In this document: positions 35,587 through 44,744 of the stretch, in pieces
Numbering within the stretch: position 1 is the stretch's first letter
Layout: each line of letters starts with the position of its first letter
DNA from: Desulfobaccales bacterium
Lineage (GTDB): Bacteria > Desulfobacterota > Desulfobaccia > Desulfobaccales > 0-14-0-80-60-11
Direction of reading: 5' to 3'
Length of the DNA: 61,759 nt
Assembly: GCA_030694005.1 (NCBI GenBank)
Contig: JAUXZG010000084.1
Span: 1-61,759, forward strand
Program-made: the position numbers and the translations under genes
The notes under the pieces: generated by a model
The model's input: the letters and a program-made list of their open reading frames with translations, nothing else
The model's database searches: none
Told to the model about the DNA's origin: nothing

Positions 35587-36687
35587 TCAAGACCCCAAGG
35601 CCGCGACGCCCGGCCAGCCGGTGTGGCCGTAAGCATACCCGCTTAAGGTGATGCCGCTGGCCCCGCCCAGGTAATATAACAGCACGTACAGGGAATTGGC
35701 CCGGCCGCGGCTGGAGGTGAGCTTGCGGTTCAAGGACCCGGCGGCCGCGGCGTGTATGGCAAAAAAACCGGCGCAGACCAGCGCCAGGGCCGCAGCGATG
35801 GCCAGCATGGACTTGATGAGGGTGATAAAAATGGCCAGGGCAAAGACCGTGGCGCCCAGGACCATGGTGCCGCCGTTGCCGATCTTGTTGCTGAGTTGGC
35901 CCGCCAGAGGCCCGATGAACACCCCGATAAGATATGACAGGTACATCAGGGTGATGACCTGGGTGGAGGCATAAAAAGGCGGTCCGGCGAGATAGAAGGG
36001 CAGATAGTTGAAGACCGAGGAGAACACAAACATGCCCCCGAAGGCCACCAGATAGGTACGCCTGAGGTCCCGGCGGGAGAGGAGCGCCCTGAAGCCCACT
36101 GCCTTTTCGGTGGTTATTATCTGACGGTCTCCCTCGGGCAACCAGCGCACCGTCACCACGGTGGCGGCCAACAGGAGGAGGGAAGCGGTGACAAAGGCGT
36201 AGCGCCAGTGCAGGGGCGGATGGATCCACCCTCCCAGCAACCGTCCGCTTAAGCCGCCGGCCACCGTGGCGGACACATAAGCACCCATCACCACATTCAA
36301 CTTGGAAAGAGGCAGGGCTCCTGAGAGGTACGCCGCCAGGCAGGTGGTCAGGGCCGGAATAAACAGCCCCTGGAGGAAGCGGGCGGCCACCAGAAGCGCC
36401 AAATTATTAGTGGCAGCGCAGAAAAACCCGCAGGCCGCCACCACCGCGCCCCCGGCCAGGATGAGGCGCCGCACCGGGAAGCGGTCCGCCAGCATCCCGA
36501 AAGGCAAATTGGCCAGGGCGATGCCCAGAATCACCGCGGACACCGAAAGCGAGGCCGTGGAGGCGCTTACGCCGAATTCTCGTTGCAATATCGGTAGAAC
36601 CGGTTGGGTGATGTAAACCGTGGTGAAGGCCGCGGCCACCAGACTGAAAACCAGAGCCTGCAGGCCAAAAAAGTTTGATTTAGTCAT
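35587..36687 (-). CDS. MFS transporter
   Basis: 366-aa ORF, hydrophobic throughout with about 11-12 predicted helices. It has an MFS-like loop (GMLADRFPVRRLIL). Confidence 0.8.
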   Translation of the reverse strand: MTKSNFFGLQALVFSLVAAAFTTVYITQPVLPILQREFGVSASTASLSVSAVILGIALANLPFGMLADRFPVRRLILAGGAVVAACGFFCAATNNLALLVAARFLQGLFIPALTTCLAAYLSGALPLSKLNVVMGAYVSATVAGGLSGRLLGGWIHPPLHWRYAFVTASLLLLAATVVTVRWLPEGDRQIITTEKAVGFRALLSRRDLRRTYLVAFGGMFVFSSVFNYLPFYLAGPPFYASTQVITLMYLSYLIGVFIGPLAGQLSNKIGNGGTMVLGATVFALAIFITLIKSMLAIAAALALVCAGFFAIHAAAAGSLNRKLTSSRGRANSLYVLLYYLGGASGITLSGYAYGHTGWPGVAALGS

Positions 36688-36728
36688 GGAGTTTGTCCTG
36701 TGGAGGGAGGGCCAGGGGCTTTAAAATC

Positions 36729-36868
36729 TATCAGCAGTCAGCAATCAGCTATCAGCTTGAAAAACCATAGATAACTTTGGCTGCCAATGAGAAGGTGCGC
36801 AGGCAATCCTGGCTGGCTGGTCTAACTCATTGATTTTGCTGAAAGCTGAAAGCTGATGGCTGAAAGCT
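36729..36868. repeat. Element bounded by inverted heptad-repeat arms (TCAGCNN)n
   Basis: Left arm: TATCAGCAGTCAGCAATCAGCTATCAGCTT (36729-36758). Right arm: GCTGAAAGCTGAAAGCTGATGGCTGAAAGCT (36838-36868), which is the reverse complement of the same 7-nt periodic motif. Confidence 0.6.
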
Positions 36869-36898
36869 TTTTTATTAGCCCCCTCCCCCAAAAATCCA

Positions 36899-39061
36899 TC
36901 AGGCCCCACCGGCAACCTCGCGGATAAACCGGTAGATCTCCGGAGAGACCGAAGTGAAGCGGACGGCGGCTTCGTTAAGGTTGTCGGCCCCGGGCTTCAC
37001 GGAGATGATCTTGGCATAGATTTTCCCAGGGATTTCTTGCCCGGTGTCATCCAGTAAATGGAGGCGGACATCTTCCCATTCTTCCAGGTCTCCCTCAAAG
37101 GCCACCGTGGCGGCGATTTCCGACAGATGGGTGATCCAGGCGGCCCCGGAAGCACCGGTGACGACCTTTTCTTTAATCCGGTAGAGGTGGATGGGGAGCT
37201 TCTGCGCCAGGGGGATGAGGGTTTCCGACCTCTCTTTAAGTCTGAGTTGGTAAGGCCCCTTAAGACCCTGCACCTCATAAATGGTGACCACTCCGGACAC
37301 GCCTTTCATCTCCGCCTGGATAATTTCGCCCACCTCTACCAGGTCTTTGATCTGTTCGTAGGTGGAGGAACTGATGAGCACCTGGCCGCCCACGGCATAA
37401 GAGTCGATCCTGGCGGTGAAGTTTACGTGGGAGCCCACCACGCTGTATTTGGTGCGCCGCTCCGAGCCGATGTTGCCCACCACCACTTCGCCGGTGTTCA
37501 CCGAGACGCCCATCTCCAGATGCGGCAGGCCATCGGCGGCGTTCAAGGCGTTGATCTCTTCCATGGCGATTTGCATCTGCAGGGCACAGGCCACCGCCCG
37601 GGCGGGATGGTCTTCCAGGGGCTCCGGGGCGCCGAAAAAGGCCAGAATCCCGTCGCCGATAATCTCATCGATGATGGCCCTGCTGTCTAAAAGAATCTCG
37701 ATCATCTTGCCCAGGTAACGGTTCAGAAAGGTGATCACCGCCTCCGGTTTCATATCCGCGGTGATGGCGGTGAAGCCCCTTAAGTCGGACATGAGGATGG
37801 TGACTTCCCGGATCTCGCCCCCCATTTCCAGGGCATCTTTGGATTCCAAAAGCCTTTTCACCACTTCTTGGGTGACATAACGGCCGAAGGTGTCCCGGAT
37901 GAAATCCCGTTTTTCCATATATTCCGTGAGTTGTTGGCCTAACTGGTTGAAGGAGTGGGCCAGGTGGACGATCTCTTTGCTGCCGGTCTCAGGCACCGCC
38001 ACCGAAAAGTCACCGTGACCGATGGCAGAGGTCTTCTCGGCCAGAATTTTCAGCGGCCGGGCGATGCTTCTGGAAATATAAATGATCATTAAGGCCAAAA
38101 ACCCCAACCCCAGTAGGGCCATAAGGATAAGTTTGGTGCTCAACCGGCGGGCGTCGGCGAACAATTCGTCTTCCGGAAAGATCACCGCCAGGGTCCAACC
38201 CAGGGAAGGCAGGGGGGCATAATACAGCCGGGATTTTTTTCCGGAAACAAAGTCCAGGAGGGGGACAAAGCCTTCCCCGCCGCGGATCATGTCCCGGCCG
38301 AGCCGGCGCAGGTGGGGGTCGCTCTTGGCCTCGGCGATGCTGAAAATACTTTCCCGCATGATCAACCCGCGCTCGGGATGGGTGACGAACACCCCGTTTT
38401 GGGAGATGAGAAAGGCGTACCCGGTCTGATAGAATTTCACCCCGGCCACCAGGTCTTTGAGCCACATCAGGGAAATATCGCAGGTGACCACCCCCCGGAA
38501 CTTTTTGCCGCCGGAAACTTTCCGATAGAAGGGCACGGAAAAAGTGGACATGATGATGTTGCCGCCCCCTTCATCATAGTAAGGTTCACTCCAGATGGGG
38601 CGGCCTAATTCCTGGGGGATTTGATACCAATCCGTGCCGAAATAGCGATAAGAGTCACTCCCCAAAATTTCCAGCTTGATCCCACCGTCGTGTCGAGAGG
38701 CATAGGGGGCGAAATAATATTTTTTAAGGTCAAAGGCGTAGGGTTGAAAGGCGACACAGACCCCGAACAGTTCGGGGTTGTCGCCCACCATGACCTGTAT
38801 CAATTGGCACAGTTCCGGGCGGACCAAAGGATGTTGTTCGATGGTGCGGGCCAGGCTGCGGGGGATTTTCTCGGCCCCATGCAGAACTACTTCAATTTTG
38901 TAGGCCGTGGCCCGGGTCAGGTTCCTGGCGTTCTCTGCCGCCTCATCTTCCATCCCCTGCGTAGAAGCGCGGTAGTTATAGGTGAACACGGCCAGAAAAA
39001 TGATGGCGGTGCCGGAGAGAATCAAAATAATGAGTTTAGTAGCCAGGCTTCTATTTTTCAT
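36899..39061 (-). CDS. Cache-sensor / HAMP / class III nucleotide cyclase with a conserved C-terminal domain (paralog 1)
   Basis: Track ORF 36899-39094. The start is set at ATG 39061 (MKNRSLATKLIILILSG). It has a periplasmic Cache-like region, HAMP, and a cyclase core (ILMSDLRGFT...IDEIIGDGILAFFGAP...VNTGEVVVGNIGS...YSVVGSHVNFTARI). Confidence 0.88.
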   Translation of the reverse strand: MKNRSLATKLIILILSGTAIIFLAVFTYNYRASTQGMEDEAAENARNLTRATAYKIEVVLHGAEKIPRSLARTIEQHPLVRPELCQLIQVMVGDNPELFGVCVAFQPYAFDLKKYYFAPYASRHDGGIKLEILGSDSYRYFGTDWYQIPQELGRPIWSEPYYDEGGGNIIMSTFSVPFYRKVSGGKKFRGVVTCDISLMWLKDLVAGVKFYQTGYAFLISQNGVFVTHPERGLIMRESIFSIAEAKSDPHLRRLGRDMIRGGEGFVPLLDFVSGKKSRLYYAPLPSLGWTLAVIFPEDELFADARRLSTKLILMALLGLGFLALMIIYISRSIARPLKILAEKTSAIGHGDFSVAVPETGSKEIVHLAHSFNQLGQQLTEYMEKRDFIRDTFGRYVTQEVVKRLLESKDALEMGGEIREVTILMSDLRGFTAITADMKPEAVITFLNRYLGKMIEILLDSRAIIDEIIGDGILAFFGAPEPLEDHPARAVACALQMQIAMEEINALNAADGLPHLEMGVSVNTGEVVVGNIGSERRTKYSVVGSHVNFTARIDSYAVGGQVLISSSTYEQIKDLVEVGEIIQAEMKGVSGVVTIYEVQGLKGPYQLRLKERSETLIPLAQKLPIHLYRIKEKVVTGASGAAWITHLSEIAATVAFEGDLEEWEDVRLHLLDDTGQEIPGKIYAKIISVKPGADNLNEAAVRFTSVSPEIYRFIREVAGGA

Positions 39062-40037
39062 GGGAGGCCAGACAGTTAACGAAAAATTCGGCAAAAGGGG
39101 GAATCTTCTTAATCAGACCGTTTTTCCTGAGCTCTTGCGCCGCCGGGTCATACGCCTCTGCCTGAAGAGTCCCCATGGGGAGGTTGCTTCCGGAAGGCAA
39201 GATGATGTCCTGCATGCGTGCCAGCATCCATTTCTGGTGGACCCTCTCGGTGGCGACATTGGCGGCGTTGACATATTTCATGACAATATCCAGGGCTTCT
39301 TCAGGATGGGCAAAGGCATACTGCCAGCCTGCAATGCTTGCCTGGACAAAGCTGCGGCAAAGTTCGGGTCGGTTCTTATAGGTATCCTCCAGGCAATAAA
39401 TGCCGTCTTCGGGAAAGTTCAGGCCATGGTCGGCCATGAAAAAAGTGGTCAGTTCCTCCGGATTCATCCCGGCATTGAGGATCAGGTGGTACTCGTTGTA
39501 CCACATAGCGGAGGCCACCTCCACGCCACCTCGCAAAAACAGGTTCAAGGTGGCTGATTGGGGGATGGTTTTCACGGCAAGCTGGTATTTTTGGAAAAAG
39601 GCCCGGGGCTGACCCTGAAAGTCCCCTCCCCAAAGCCCCACCTTCTTGCCGTTAATATCTTGGGGGGTGTTGATGCCGCCGGCCTTCTTGGCCACCAGCA
39701 TCAGGGCCGACCGTTGCACCAATTGGCCGATATTGACCAGCTTGACTCCCTGCGCCCGCTTAATAATCCCCGTGGTAAGCAGCCTGGTCCCGAAATCGGC
39801 CTTCCCTTGCGCCAGCAATTCGGACGGCGGCCGATCAGGCCCCCCTCTAAGGATCCGCACGTCCAGGTTGTGCTGCCGGTAGAAACCTTTTTCATAAGCC
39901 ACATAATAGCCCGCGAACTGGGATTGCGGCTGCCATTGGGGGATGAAAGAAACCTTTTTAAGGTCGGCTTCCTGAGCAAATCCGAGGGGCGGAAGCAATA
40001 GAAAAAGGCTGAGGCTGAAACTTAAAAGGCGCGTCAT
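39051..40037 (-). CDS. Orphan periplasmic substrate-binding protein (NMT1/THI5, NitT/TauT-like)
   Basis: 328-aa ORF with a signal peptide (MTRLLSFSLSLFLLLPPLGFAQ) and FIPQWQPQSQFAGYYVAYEKGFY. No permease or ATPase gene is adjacent. Confidence 0.8.
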   Translation of the reverse strand: MTRLLSFSLSLFLLLPPLGFAQEADLKKVSFIPQWQPQSQFAGYYVAYEKGFYRQHNLDVRILRGGPDRPPSELLAQGKADFGTRLLTTGIIKRAQGVKLVNIGQLVQRSALMLVAKKAGGINTPQDINGKKVGLWGGDFQGQPRAFFQKYQLAVKTIPQSATLNLFLRGGVEVASAMWYNEYHLILNAGMNPEELTTFFMADHGLNFPEDGIYCLEDTYKNRPELCRSFVQASIAGWQYAFAHPEEALDIVMKYVNAANVATERVHQKWMLARMQDIILPSGSNLPMGTLQAEAYDPAAQELRKNGLIKKIPPFAEFFVNCLASHEK

Positions 40038-40177
40038 GGTATCTGAGGTTGACTGTCTGAAGTATTTCTCATTTTACCTAATAATAGTAGTTTCTCCCAC
40101 GGCGTCTGGGCCATTGTTTAAGAATGGCCCAGCTCCCGGGCTGCTAACTTGTCAGAAATTTAGAGAAAACTAAGCCA

Positions 40178-42139
40178 CTAAGCGTTGCCTCTTGCCTGGC
40201 GCATAATCTGGTGGGCCTCCCGGGAGATGGAGGTGAAGCGGACGGCGGCTTCGTGAAGGTTGTCGCCCAGAGGCTTCACAGAAATGACCTTACCGTAAAT
40301 CTTCCCCGGGATTTCGGCCAGGCTCTCATCCAGCAGGTGGATGCGGACATCTTCCCACTCCTTAAGTTCCCCCTCATAGACGACCGTGGCCCCAATCTCC
40401 GAAAGATGGGTGATCCAGGCGGCGCCGGTAGCGCCGGTGATAATCTTTTCGTGAATCCGGCAGAGGTGGATGTTGATCTTTTCCTTAAGGGGGATGAGGG
40501 TCTCAGACCTTTCTTTGAGTTTGATGTTATAAGGTCCTTTGATAGCATGAACATCATAAAGAGTGGCGGCCCCGGGAACGCCTTTCATCTCCACTTCGAG
40601 GACATCCCCCACCTCGACGAGGTCCTTAACTTTGGCATAGGTGGAGGCGCTGATGAGCACTTGCCCTCCCACCGAGGAAGATTCGGCTCTGGCGGTGAAG
40701 TTGACCGGGGATCCAATAACGCTGTATTTGGTTCTCTTTTCGGAACCGATGTTGCCCACCACCACCGAGCCGGTATTCACGCCGATGCCCATTTCCAGAT
40801 GGGGCAGGCCGTCGGCTTCGTTTAAGAAATTGATCTCATCCATGGCCGCCTGCATCTCCAGAGCGCAGGCCACGGCCCGCACCGGATGGTCTTCTTGGGG
40901 TTCCGGGGCGCCAAAGAAGGCCAGGAGGCCGTCGCCGACGATCTCGTCGATAACCGCATGATAATCAACCAGAATTTCGATCATTTTTCCTAAATAGCGG
41001 TTGAGAAAGATTATGACCTCCTCCGGAGCCATATCCGCGGTCAAGGCAGTAAAACCTCGAAGGTCCGACATGAGGATGGAAACTTCTCTGGTCTCACCCC
41101 CCAATTCCAGGGCTTCTTTGGATTCCAGGAGCTTTTTGACCACCTCCTGGGTGACATAGCGGCCAAAAGTGTCCCGGATGAAGTCCCGTTTAGCGATATA
41201 ATCCGTGAGCTGGTCGCCCAGTTGGTTGAAAGAATGCGCCAGATGCAGGATCTCTTTGGCGCCTTTCTCCGGCACCGCCACGGCAAAGTTCCCTTCTCCC
41301 ACCTGCCTCACCCCATTTCGCAGGCGCACCAGGGGGCGCGAAATGGTCGCGGCAAACCAGACGGCTGATAACCCGCCCAGCAGTGAGAAAAATATGGCCC
41401 CGATTAAACCGGCCAGGTGCACTTTTCGGTCAATTGCGGCAGAAGCCTCTTCCATAGACTCCTTGGCTTTGGCCATTATTCCCTGGGAGGCTTTTTTGAT
41501 CTCCTCTTGGGTTGGTACAAAAAACTCGTCGATGTTTACTATGGCCCCCACGATGAACGGGGTCCCGGGAACATGGACTCTGGCCGAAAACCTTCTCCGG
41601 TTTTTGCCGTCTTTGTCAAAGAAAGTGTAGTAGCCCGTGACATTGTCAGTGGTAAGGGAACGCTTGATCAACTTCCAGGTTTCCGGGTATTCTTTCTGCC
41701 ATTCTAATTTAGCCTGGTTTTGACCTTCGACCTGCTTATCGGGGTGGAAAATGATCTCGCCACCCTTGTCATATAAATCAGTGTACCCCGCCACCCCTTC
41801 CACCGTGGAGATGTCCTGGATAGCTATCTTTCTCAAGTTTTTATCCTGGCGCATTTGGGCATAATTATAGGTTTTTTTTCCTTTCAACAGATAAGCCAGC
41901 TCCCGGGCTACATCTTCGGCCTTGTCCTTGACGATGTATTCTCCATTTTTGGTCAGAACCTCTTCAGCCACCTGAACGTTGGCGGCGGTAACCTCTTGCA
42001 CCGCATTTTGGGCGATTTCCAAGTTATGGACGGCCATTTTGTGTTCGACCCAATCGGTTAACATTAACATGCCGAGAATCAGCAGCGCGATGAGGGCCGC
42101 ATAGGAAAGGCTCAGGTAGGTGCGAATACTCAGACTCAT
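40178..42139 (-). CDS. Sensor / HAMP / class III nucleotide cyclase with a conserved C-terminal domain (paralog 2)
   Basis: Track ORF 40178-42181. An ATG at 42139 is likely the true start. From HAMP to the C-terminus it is about 75% identical by eye to the 36899-39061 protein, but its periplasmic sensor differs. Confidence 0.88.
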   Translation of the reverse strand: MSLSIRTYLSLSYAALIALLILGMLMLTDWVEHKMAVHNLEIAQNAVQEVTAANVQVAEEVLTKNGEYIVKDKAEDVARELAYLLKGKKTYNYAQMRQDKNLRKIAIQDISTVEGVAGYTDLYDKGGEIIFHPDKQVEGQNQAKLEWQKEYPETWKLIKRSLTTDNVTGYYTFFDKDGKNRRRFSARVHVPGTPFIVGAIVNIDEFFVPTQEEIKKASQGIMAKAKESMEEASAAIDRKVHLAGLIGAIFFSLLGGLSAVWFAATISRPLVRLRNGVRQVGEGNFAVAVPEKGAKEILHLAHSFNQLGDQLTDYIAKRDFIRDTFGRYVTQEVVKKLLESKEALELGGETREVSILMSDLRGFTALTADMAPEEVIIFLNRYLGKMIEILVDYHAVIDEIVGDGLLAFFGAPEPQEDHPVRAVACALEMQAAMDEINFLNEADGLPHLEMGIGVNTGSVVVGNIGSEKRTKYSVIGSPVNFTARAESSSVGGQVLISASTYAKVKDLVEVGDVLEVEMKGVPGAATLYDVHAIKGPYNIKLKERSETLIPLKEKINIHLCRIHEKIITGATGAAWITHLSEIGATVVYEGELKEWEDVRIHLLDESLAEIPGKIYGKVISVKPLGDNLHEAAVRFTSISREAHQIMRQARGNA

Positions 42140-42202
42140 GGAGGTCTCCAAGACCTGTCGTCTTAATAAATTGTTTCCCAAAGGGAAAATTCGCCCGGGC
42201 GA

Positions 42203-42433
42203 TTACCCGGAAGTATATAACTTTTCGGCCAGCCAGAACAGGAAATCAATAGCGTCGCGTCCAGCAAAAAATCCAGGGGGTCTTCGTCTGGAAAAAAAAG
42301 ATAAAGGAACAATTTTAACATCAACTTCGCGGGGAAAACGGTCTTTGACCAACGCTACCAGGCATCCTACGTCAAGAGGAGTGTAATTTTGATTCTCAGA
42401 GGGATGGAAATAGCAAAAAAGTATTTTTTTCAT
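42203..42433 (-). pseudogene. Remnant resembling the N-terminus of a B12-binding-domain radical SAM protein
   Basis: The 76-aa ORF MKKILFCYFHPSENQNYTPLDVGCLVALVKDRF...VKIVPL resembles only the first ~45 aa of that family. No radical SAM core follows. Confidence 0.3.
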
Positions 42434-42724
42434 AATTAAAGTAATGGGAAATCAAAATGTCGAATGATATATATACAAGGAATAGAAAGAATTTTCTTCC
42501 TCTCAAAAAATGGTCTTTTTTTCTATGGAATTGGCGACAGTCCCTGAGGGTTGTCTGCGGCAAGGCAAAAACCTGCCAACAAGACCGTCATCGCGACGGC
42601 CAACCGTAAAACCACTGCCTTCTTCATCTGTGTTTTCTCTGTTTATCGATGATTAAATCAGCTTGTGGTGTTTGTTTTGTGCTAATTATTATGTACTTTT
42701 CACAAATTGCGTCAAGTCTAATTG

Positions 42725-42764
42725 GAGAAAAAAGAAGGCCACCAGCTCAAACTTGCTGATGGCC
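42725..42764 (-). terminator. Intrinsic terminator of the 42798-43259 gene
   Basis: On the minus strand, GGCCATCAGC-aagtttga-GCTGGTGGCC is followed by TTCTTTTTTCT. Confidence 0.7.
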
Positions 42765-42797
42765 ACAATGTTGCATAATAAGGAAGTACCAACGAAA

Positions 42798-43259
42798 TTA
42801 AAACCGCTTCATTATTATTTCAGATGGCAAGGGTAAACCTCCCCTTGTACCCTTTAGATTTCCGCCATCTACCCAGAAATGGAAGGATACCCCATTTCTC
42901 AAATCCCATATCAGACAAAATTTGCCTCCTATTTTTTCGAATCTGGCCTTTATAGGACTACAGCCGGGGTTGATAGACCAACCCACACTGTTTCCCCAGC
43001 TATATTGGCCCTTGGCCGCATCCTGGGTCACTTCCTCGACAATAAGAATGGCATCGAGGCCATGGTCAGGGGGACAAGCCCAATTGCTCCATCGCCCTCT
43101 CCACTTTCCGGAGAAAGCCCGAATATCATCAGGAATGTCCGCGCCTGGCGTAACAATGTTCGCCTGCGGCATCTTTAGGTTGCCGGCCGCCCAAACCGGT
43201 GATGAAATCGCTATCACGGCAAGCACAAAAACAACTGTTAAAGATACTAAATTCTTCAT
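42798..43259 (-). CDS. Secreted hypothetical protein
   Basis: 153-aa ORF with a signal peptide (MKNLVSLTVVFVLAVIAISSPVWAAG). I recognise no motif. Confidence 0.6.
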   Translation of the reverse strand: MKNLVSLTVVFVLAVIAISSPVWAAGNLKMPQANIVTPGADIPDDIRAFSGKWRGRWSNWACPPDHGLDAILIVEEVTQDAAKGQYSWGNSVGWSINPGCSPIKARFEKIGGKFCLIWDLRNGVSFHFWVDGGNLKGTRGGLPLPSEIIMKRF

Positions 43260-43294
43260 CGCTTCCTCCCGAGGTTCCCTGCTGGAGTTCCGGC

Positions 43295-43336
43295 CCTTAA
43301 GAAAAGGGGTTGAGGGTTGGGTGAGAGGAGAAAGGG
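43295..43336. repeat. G/C-tract repeat copy
   Basis: CCTTAAGAAAAGGGGTTGAGGGTTGGGTGAGAGGAGAAAGGG is related to the GGGTTGGGAGGGG motifs at 30.7 and 60.5 kb. Confidence 0.45.
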
Positions 43337-43385
43337 CATGGACCCTGGTCCCCTGGTCTTCTCTTGAAGCCCCTGCCCATCAATT

Positions 43386-44696
43386 TCAGGGATAAAGCCG
43401 GTCCAGGAGGCGGGGAAAAGGAATGGCCTCCCGCACATGCGTAAGGCCGCAGAGCCAGGCCACCAGGCGCTCCACCCCCAGGCCGAAGCCGCTGTGGGGC
43501 ACACTGCCGTAACGGCGCAGGTCCAGGTACCACTCCAGCGGCTCCTGGGGCAGGTGATGCTCCTCAAGGCGCGCCAGCAGGGTGTCAAGATCAGCCACCC
43601 TTTGCGAGCCGCCGATAATTTCGCCATAGCCCTCCGGGGCCAGCATATCCATACACAAGGCCAGCCGGGGGTCCTTAGGGTCGGCCTCCATATAAAAAGC
43701 CTTGCAGCTCAGGGGATAGCGGTGCACCAGCACGGGGCGGTCAAACATCTGGGAGACCAGGGTTTCCTCGTCCCCTCCCAGGTCTTCTCCCCAGGCCGGC
43801 TCTTTGCCTTGCTCCTGCAGACGGGCCAGGGTTTCGGCATAGCTGAGCCGGGGAAAAGGGCCGGACACCGCCGCCAGCGGGGTGGGGTCCCGTTCCAGGA
43901 TTTGCAATTGGACCTCCTGGTTTTCCAGCACTTTTAAGACCACGAAGCGCACCAAGTCTTCCGCCAGTTGCATGATGTCTTCCAAGGTATAAAACGCGGC
44001 TTCCGCCTCCACCATCCAGAACTCCGTGAGGTGGCGCCGGGTCTTGGACTTCTCCGCCCTAAAAGTAGGGCCGAAGCAATAGACCTTGCCCAACGCCATG
44101 GCCGCGGCCTCCAGATAGAGCTGGCCGCTCTGGGACAGATAGGCCTTGCCCCGACCCAGATAATCCGTCTCAAAGAGATTGGTGGTGCCCTCGCAGGCGG
44201 TGGGGGTGAGGATGGGGGTGTCCACCTCCAAGAAACCCCGGGCGTGGAAAAACCCCCGGCAGGCCCGACAAACCTCATCCCTAACCCGCATGACGGCCTG
44301 TTGCCGGGGCGACCTGAGCCACAGGTGGCGCCGGTCCATCAAGAAGGCGACCCCGTGCTCTTTGGGGGCGATGGGGTAATCCTGGGCGATATTAAGCGGC
44401 TGCAGGCTGATGACTTCCAGTTCATAGCCCCCCGGGGCCCGGGGTTCGGCCCGCACCCGGCCCGTGAGGATCAGGGAGGACTCCAAGGTAAGGCGGTCAA
44501 ATTGTTTAAAGTCCTCTTCCGGCAGGTTGCCCTTGACCAGCACCCCCTGGGCCAGGCCGGTGCCGTCCCGCACCACCAGGAAGCGCACCTTGCCGCTGGA
44601 GCGGAGGTGATGGACCCAACCCCGGATGGTTACCGCTTGGCCGGCGAATTTTGCTAAGGAGGCGAGGTCCGCCACCGGAGGGGTATTAGAAGGCAT
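43386..44696 (-). CDS. asnS: Asparagine--tRNA ligase
   Basis: Track ORF 43386-44738 starts at a TTG; ATG 44696 (MPSNTPPVADL) is preferred. It has FGPTFRAEKSKTRRHLTEFWMVEAE and GGSQR...GFGLGVERLV (class II motifs 2 and 3). Confidence 0.88.
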   Translation of the reverse strand: MPSNTPPVADLASLAKFAGQAVTIRGWVHHLRSSGKVRFLVVRDGTGLAQGVLVKGNLPEEDFKQFDRLTLESSLILTGRVRAEPRAPGGYELEVISLQPLNIAQDYPIAPKEHGVAFLMDRRHLWLRSPRQQAVMRVRDEVCRACRGFFHARGFLEVDTPILTPTACEGTTNLFETDYLGRGKAYLSQSGQLYLEAAAMALGKVYCFGPTFRAEKSKTRRHLTEFWMVEAEAAFYTLEDIMQLAEDLVRFVVLKVLENQEVQLQILERDPTPLAAVSGPFPRLSYAETLARLQEQGKEPAWGEDLGGDEETLVSQMFDRPVLVHRYPLSCKAFYMEADPKDPRLALCMDMLAPEGYGEIIGGSQRVADLDTLLARLEEHHLPQEPLEWYLDLRRYGSVPHSGFGLGVERLVAWLCGLTHVREAIPFPRLLDRLYP

Positions 44697-44744
44697 AACA
44701 GTTAAAGGAATATTTGGTCGGAAAACTGCCCCGGTCAATTAATA

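Noticed and set aside
35507-36229. A 240-aa minus-strand ORF overlapping the MFS transporter gene in another frame.
   Set aside because: It is Arg/Pro/Gly-rich low-complexity sequence. The overlapping frame (35587-36687) encodes a coherent multi-helix transporter.
42523-42627. A 34-aa minus-strand ORF, MKKAVVLRLAVAMTVLLAGFCLAADNPQGLSPIP, that looks like a lipoprotein signal peptide.
   Set aside because: It consists of a signal peptide only, has a weak ribosome-binding site, and lies in an AT-rich spacer with other gene debris. It is probably a remnant.
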